From NCBI GenBank assembly GCA_964013405.1, contig CAXGWI010000109.1, forward strand, positions 1 to 11,867: a DNA stretch of 11,867 nucleotides, in the 5' to 3' direction. The translations under genes were made by a program, and so were the position numbers. The DNA comes from an uncultured Myxococcales bacterium. GTDB taxonomy: Bacteria > Myxococcota > UBA4151. Of the stretch, positions 7,056 to 11,867 are shown one piece after another. The stretch's first letter is position 1; every line of letters starts with the position of its first letter. Below the pieces are notes generated by a model. That model searched no databases, was not told the origin of the DNA, and was given only the letters and a program-made list of their open reading frames with translations.

Positions 7056-9146
7056 TTATTCCCGCACCTGGCCCGTGCCTCGAACTTGATATTTGTAGGT
7101 GCACAATTCGGCCAAGCCCATGGGCCCCCGGGCGTGGAGGCGGTTGGTGCTGATGCCCACTTCCGCCCCCAGTCCGAACATCGCCCCATCGGTGAAGCGG
7201 GTGGATGCATTGTGATAGACCGCCGCCGAATCCACCTGGGCGAGGAACTGTTCCGCGGCCTCCCCATCTTCGGTGACGATGGCATCGGAGTGCTGGGAAC
7301 CGTGGGTGCCGATGAAGTCGATCGCTTCCTCCAGGCTCCCCACCACCTTCACCGCCAGGATTAAGTCCAAGTACTCCTCCTGCCATTCATCGGCGGCGGC
7401 GAGCCGGGCACCGGGCAGGAGCGCTTGGGTCGGTGCTTCCGTGCGCAACTCCACCCCGGCTTCGGCCATGGCTTCGCCCAGTTGGGGTAAGAAGCGGGGG
7501 GCGAGCTCTTCATGGACCAGGAGGTTTTCGATGGCATTGCAGACCCCTGGGCGTTGGACCTTCCCGTTCATGGCGATGGCGAGGGCCATGGCTGGATCTG
7601 CGTCGTGGTGCACATAGAGGGAGCAGACGCCCTTATCGTGTTTGACCACGGGCACCCGGCTGGTCTCCACCACGGCCCGGATGAGCCCGGGACCGCCCCG
7701 GGGGACCACCAAGTCCAGATCCCCTTCCCGCGCCAGCAGCAGGGGCACCAGAGCCCGGCTTTGCTCCCGAACCAGTTGCACCATATCGGCTTGGAAACCT
7801 GCCGTATCCAAGCCCCGACGGATGGCCGTCACCAGGGCGGCGCTGGAATGCATGGCTTCTTTGCCCCCCCGCAGGATCACCGCGTTACCGCTGCGGATGG
7901 CGAGCCCTGCGGCGTCGACGGTGACGTTCGGTCGACTCTCGTAGATCACCGCTAAGGTCCCGATGGGCACGGCGACCTTCTGCAGTTTCAAGCCCTGGCG
8001 CAGGCTGCGTTCGTCGAGCACGGCCCCGGCGGGATCGGGCAGTTGGCCCACCGCCCGCAGATCGGCGATGACCCCATCGAGGCGCTGCCCCTCCAGGCTC
8101 AGACGATCCATGAGGGCGGCGCTGAGCCCACTGGCTGCACCGATCTCGATGTCCCGGCGATTGGCGGCGAGGATGACCTCCCGATCCGCCTCCAGCGCCT
8201 GGGCCGCGGCTTCGATGGCCCGGGCTTTGTCCTGCGAGCTCAGCCGAGCGGCGGCTTGGGCGGCGGGGCGAGCCGCAGCGAGCAGCTCGTCCACGTGGAC
8301 TTCAATGGCTTGTTGTTGGGCCAAAGCCCCCGGTTCCGGCTGGGGCTTGCTCAGAGCCCGGCTCCGATCCGCAGCGGCCTTGAGAACCCCTCTAAAAAGG
8401 CCATCGGGATCCGCTTGTTCGAGGTGTAGTAGCCCAGCTTCGGTGGTTCCAGCCGGGCTGGTCACCTTCTGACGCAGGATCGCCGGCGCCTCGCCGGAGT
8501 CTTCCAGCAGCGTCAGGGCCCCCTGCAGGGTTTGGCGAACCAGCAGGCGCCCATCGTCGCCGGTGAAGCCCTGACTGGCGACAGCAGCCTCCAGCGCTTC
8601 GACGAGGCGAAAGACATAGGCGGGTCCCGATCCACTCATGGCCGTGAGGCCGTGCATTTGCTCCTCGCGCTCTAGATGAACCACCTGACCCACCGCGCCG
8701 AAGAAGGCAGCAACGGCGCTGCGTTCCTCGGCCGAGACGGTCTCGGGTGCGTAGATTCCTGTCAGACCTTGGCCCACGGCGACCGGCGTGTTGGGCATGG
8801 CACGGATCACCCGGGCGCCACCGGATTGCTCACTCAGATGGGCGCAATCAAGACCGGCAGCGATGCTGAGCAGCAGGCGCTCGTTGCCCCCTTCTGCGTC
8901 GATGGCTTGGAGCACGGGCCCCGAGAGTTGGGGTTTGACCGCGAGCACCAGAACCTCACAGCCCTCGATCAGGGCCGAGAGGCTCCCCATGCGCTCGACG
9001 CCAGCGGCATCCAGTGCTTCGTGATGGCGACCGGGCAGTTCCAGGTAGGCCAAGCGATCCGGCGACCATCCGGCGGCGAGCACCCCTTCCATGAGGGCGC
9101 CCCCCATGTTGCCTGCGCCGATGAATCCAAAGCGTGTTTCGGGCAT
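7056..9146 (-). CDS. proC-proA: Fusion protein: pyrroline-5-carboxylate reductase (ProC, N-terminal) plus gamma-glutamyl phosphate reductase (ProA, C-terminal), 696 aa
   Basis: Likely start is ATG9146 (GGGAG 6 nt upstream), giving MPETRFGFIGAGNMG. ProC motifs: LAVKPQ, SIAAG, RAMPNTP, SGSGPAY, VTSPAGTT. ProA motifs: IYESRPNVT, ILRGGKEA, VPRGG, RPGVCNAIENLLVH, HSDAIVT, VYHNASTRFTDG...GAEVGIST..LHARGPMGL. Confidence 0.93.
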   Translation of the reverse strand: MPETRFGFIGAGNMGGALMEGVLAAGWSPDRLAYLELPGRHHEALDAAGVERMGSLSALIEGCEVLVLAVKPQLSGPVLQAIDAEGGNERLLLSIAAGLDCAHLSEQSGGARVIRAMPNTPVAVGQGLTGIYAPETVSAEERSAVAAFFGAVGQVVHLEREEQMHGLTAMSGSGPAYVFRLVEALEAAVASQGFTGDDGRLLVRQTLQGALTLLEDSGEAPAILRQKVTSPAGTTEAGLLHLEQADPDGLFRGVLKAAADRSRALSKPQPEPGALAQQQAIEVHVDELLAAARPAAQAAARLSSQDKARAIEAAAQALEADREVILAANRRDIEIGAASGLSAALMDRLSLEGQRLDGVIADLRAVGQLPDPAGAVLDERSLRQGLKLQKVAVPIGTLAVIYESRPNVTVDAAGLAIRSGNAVILRGGKEAMHSSAALVTAIRRGLDTAGFQADMVQLVREQSRALVPLLLAREGDLDLVVPRGGPGLIRAVVETSRVPVVKHDKGVCSLYVHHDADPAMALAIAMNGKVQRPGVCNAIENLLVHEELAPRFLPQLGEAMAEAGVELRTEAPTQALLPGARLAAADEWQEEYLDLILAVKVVGSLEEAIDFIGTHGSQHSDAIVTEDGEAAEQFLAQVDSAAVYHNASTRFTDGAMFGLGAEVGISTNRLHARGPMGLAELCTYKYQVRGTGQVRE

Positions 9147-9197
9147 GATCTGCTCCCTGAAGGGGGGCTGCACCAGTCGGCGCCCCTTGGCAAGCAC

Positions 9198-9213
9198 ACA
9201 ACCTTTGCGCCAA
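9198..9213 (-). promoter_or_regulatory. Possible sigma54-type -24/-12 element upstream of proC-proA
   Basis: The minus strand reads TTGGCGCAAAGGTTGT against the consensus TGGCACG-N4-TTGC. Spacing is correct, but the -12 element has GT instead of GC. Confidence 0.25.
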
Positions 9214-9250
9214 GCTGCCGAGAACATGCTCGCACGTGAGGAGCGCGCCC

Positions 9251-11215
9251 ATGACCCGACCCATCAAAGTCCTCGCCGACGCCCGGGCCTTGCTCGCCGA
9301 TGTGGAGCGCCGCACGGCGCCGGAGGCCCGTGACGCCTTAAAGGCAGCCTTGGCCGAGGTCGCCAGCACCGACGGCGATCGAGTCCTCGATGGTTTTGAG
9401 GCCGAAGCCCTGCGGGACAGCTTCAACGCCGTCCTCGGCGCCAACCAGACCCTCGGTGCAGACCAAGTGGGTGCCCTACGGGATGCCCTGAGCCTGAAGG
9501 TCAGCGAGTTGAAGGCCGGGCGCATTCAGGACACCGAGGTGATGTTCACCAGCGAGGGGCGCTCCCTCGATCGCTTTCGGGGCAAGATCCTCGAGACCAT
9601 GGACGCCACCATCGCCAAGGCCGACGGCAAGCCGGTGGACGTGAACATGATGGTCTTCGCCTTTACCGACGAGCAGTTGGCCGATGGAATTATCGAGCGG
9701 GCCCGCAACCACCCCAACGTGAACTTCCGGCTCATCACCGACTGGACCCAGTTAAGCATGAGCGGCAACAAGCAGCCCCGGCGCATCGCCCAGATCGCCC
9801 GGGATGAAGGGCTCGACAACATCCAGATCAAATACAAGCGGGACAATCCCTACATTTGGGATGCCGAGCGCAACCGCCCCCGCTTCCATCATCCGGCCAG
9901 CAAGGGGCTCAACCATCACAAGGGCTTTGTGACCTTGATCGATGGGCGCCCGGAGAAGATGACCTTCGGCTCCTTTAACTGGTCGAAGGGCGCCATGCGA
10001 AGCAACTATGAAAACATGATGATTCTGGATCGCCACGATCCCGATCACCGGCGCATCATGAAGGGCTACGAGTCGGAGTTTGCGGCTTTTTGGAACAACG
10101 ACTCGGTGGCCCTCACGGAGCGGGAGGCGCTCACGGAAAAGGACCGGATCTTCCGGTCCCTTCATGAGGCCAACGGGCAGCCCTACACCTCTCGCCCCAT
10201 CAACAGCCCGGAGGAGGCCGACCCCCACTACACGACGGAGGACCGCCACAGCGGCTTCGACATCAACAGTGTGGCGGACGAGGATCACAGCGCCCTCGTG
10301 AGCGTGGTGGGCAAAACCACCGCGAAACGCATCCAGAAAGAGATTCGGGATTATGGGCGCATCGACACCTACCCGGAGTTGCTGGCTCGAGTGCCCGATC
10401 TGGCCCGCAAGCCCACCTGGGTTCGGGAACAGTTGCGGGAGCACGGGGAGTTTGGCGAGGGCGGTCTTTCCATCAACACTGCGGGCGTCAGTGAGCTGGA
10501 CCGGGCGGGCATGAGCCGGCGTCAGGCTGAGCGGGTGGTGGCTCGCCGGGAGGCCCATGGCACCTTTGAGACCCTGTCGGAGTTGGGGCTGATTCGGGGC
10601 ATTGGGCGAAAGACCGTCGAGCGCATTGCCCCCAATCTAAGCGATGATGCCTCCAGCGGTTACTACTCGGCTCGGATTCCGGAGGAGGCTGCGACCACGG
10701 GTTTTGCCGCCGAGCACCGGGGTGATGTGGCCGTGCGCAGCCGGGAGAGCGCCGGCGCCAACAATGCGGAAGCCCCCACGCTCGATCGGGTGGATCGGAA
10801 CTTGGCAGCGCCGGTGACCGACTTACTTCGCCGCACACCGGAGGGGCAGACCTTCCGCCTTGCCATGTACGGCATGAGCACCCGCTCGCCGGAGTATCGG
10901 GAGATGGTCGCGGCGCTGGAGCGGGGCGTGCCGGTGCGGGTGGTGCTTTATGGCAAGTATGGCGCCAGCACCATCGAGGCCATGAAGGCCTTACGGGATC
11001 GGGGCCTCGACTTGGATTTCCGGGTCTTCAAGTCCCGGGTCATGCACGAGAAGTTCGGAGTGAGCGGCGACGATCTCTTTAACGGCAGCGCCAACTGGTC
11101 CACCAGCTCCATGCTCAAGCACAGCGAGGATCGCTTCGTCTTCCACAACGAGCCCGAGTTGGCCCAGCGCTTTGTGGAAGAGTTTGAGCGTCTCTGGGAG
11201 CGGGGCAGCCAGTAG
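9251..11215 (+). CDS. Phospholipase D/Nuc-superfamily protein with two HKD-like domains flanking ComEA-like helix-hairpin-helix modules; putative DNase, 654 aa
   Basis: RBS GAGGAG at 9238-9243 favours ATG9251. Catalytic motif 1 is NHHKGFVTLID...GSFNWS...NYEN; motif 2 is MHEKFGVSGD...GSANWS...HSED. The HhH module is SINTAGVSEL...AERVVARREAHGTFETLSELGLIRGIGRKTVERI. Confidence 0.85.
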   Translation: MTRPIKVLADARALLADVERRTAPEARDALKAALAEVASTDGDRVLDGFEAEALRDSFNAVLGANQTLGADQVGALRDALSLKVSELKAGRIQDTEVMFTSEGRSLDRFRGKILETMDATIAKADGKPVDVNMMVFAFTDEQLADGIIERARNHPNVNFRLITDWTQLSMSGNKQPRRIAQIARDEGLDNIQIKYKRDNPYIWDAERNRPRFHHPASKGLNHHKGFVTLIDGRPEKMTFGSFNWSKGAMRSNYENMMILDRHDPDHRRIMKGYESEFAAFWNNDSVALTEREALTEKDRIFRSLHEANGQPYTSRPINSPEEADPHYTTEDRHSGFDINSVADEDHSALVSVVGKTTAKRIQKEIRDYGRIDTYPELLARVPDLARKPTWVREQLREHGEFGEGGLSINTAGVSELDRAGMSRRQAERVVARREAHGTFETLSELGLIRGIGRKTVERIAPNLSDDASSGYYSARIPEEAATTGFAAEHRGDVAVRSRESAGANNAEAPTLDRVDRNLAAPVTDLLRRTPEGQTFRLAMYGMSTRSPEYREMVAALERGVPVRVVLYGKYGASTIEAMKALRDRGLDLDFRVFKSRVMHEKFGVSGDDLFNGSANWSTSSMLKHSEDRFVFHNEPELAQRFVEEFERLWERGSQ

Positions 11216-11218
11216 CCT

Positions 11219-11866
11219 TTAGCGGGGCTGTTCGTGGGGCCAGATCACCCGATTGGCTCGGGCGCTGTGAAAGGCATCCACCGGCTCGAAGCCCAGTTGT
11301 TCCATGGCGTTGGAGCCCCAACAGTAGACGCCCCCTGCAGCTTCGGCGCAGACGTGGGCTTTGCCGCCGGCGATGAAATCCGCCGGCGGTAACTCGACCA
11401 CAGCTTCAGGCAGCGGGAAGTTGCCACCGGCATCCCCACCCCGGCCCAGCACCCCACTGTCGTTGCTGCCAAAGCAGTAAACGGCGCCATCGCTGCGACG
11501 AGCGCAGGTGTATTCGTCACCGGCGACCACCTGGACCACATCCTCAAGCACGGGAACTTGCCGGGCGAGGAAGTTATTGGTCTCGGGCTGAGCGTAACCT
11601 AACTGCCCCCGATTGTTGCGCCCCCAGCACCACAGACTACCGTCGTTGCCCACCGCGCAGGTGTGGGCGTTCCCTGCGGCGATGTCGACGAAGCGAAAGC
11701 CCTCAGCCCCCAGCTCGCTCGGAATGGCCCGGGCCATCCGGATGGTGATATTGGCCGGGTCGTTGTTGTCGAGGCCGCATTGTCCGTGGCTGTTGGTGCC
11801 CCAACAGTTGATTTGGCCGGCACCGGTGAGCACCAGGGCGTGTTGATCGCCCAGGGCCAAGTCGAT
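11219..11866 (-). CDS. 5'-truncated RCC1/BLIP-II repeat protein
   Basis: Four repeats of the AG..HTCA...G.v.CWG.N..GQLG type are visible. The frame stays open to the window edge. The stop is at 11219-11221, 3 bp from the convergent PLD gene. Confidence 0.9.
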   Translation of the reverse strand: MDLALGDQHALVLTGAGQINCWGTNSHGQCGLDNNDPANITIRMARAIPSELGAEGFRFVDIAAGNAHTCAVGNDGSLWCWGRNNRGQLGYAQPETNNFLARQVPVLEDVVQVVAGDEYTCARRSDGAVYCFGSNDSGVLGRGGDAGGNFPLPEAVVELPPADFIAGGKAHVCAEAAGGVYCWGSNAMEQLGFEPVDAFHSARANRVIWPHEQPR

Positions 11867-11867
11867 G

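Noticed and set aside
9147..9250. Longer starts from the ORF track (9227 for proC-proA, 9236 for the PLD gene)
   Set aside because: Better RBS-start pairs exist at 9146 and 9251. The longer starts would leave only 8 bp for divergent promoters.
4355..11215. A defence island made of TerB, TatD and the PLD nuclease
   Set aside because: The TatD looks like the housekeeping YcfH type. The genes are separated by ftsA-like and proC-proA and lie on different strands, and no mobility genes or compositional shift in coding DNA is evident.

Overview
A gene-dense, GC-rich bacterial window (about two-thirds GC by eye). The Cys-rich lipoprotein, RCC1-repeat protein and gene style suggest a Myxococcota/Deltaproteobacteria-like host, which is inference only. 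There are ten CDSs. On the + strand are a 5'-truncated CsgG/TolB-N-like protein and a large lipoprotein with carboxypeptidase-regulatory-like domains and TSP3-like Ca-binding repeats. On the - strand is a probable operon: divergent stand-alone FtsA, TatD, a TerB-like protein, a Tat-lipoprotein intradiol dioxygenase, then a His-rich outer-membrane beta-barrel. Upstream of it lie an AT-rich spacer and a single ORF fusing ProC to ProA. Divergent from that is a protein with two PLD/Nuc-type halves flanking two ComEA-like helix-hairpin-helix modules, and it converges on a 5'-truncated RCC1-repeat gene. No rRNA, tRNA, CRISPR array or mobile element was seen. The most interesting items are the ProC-ProA fusion, the PLD-HhH-HhH-PLD candidate DNase, the orphan FtsA with a degenerate ATP motif, and the exported dioxygenase/His-rich barrel pair. 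All product calls come from motif recognition by eye, with no database search.
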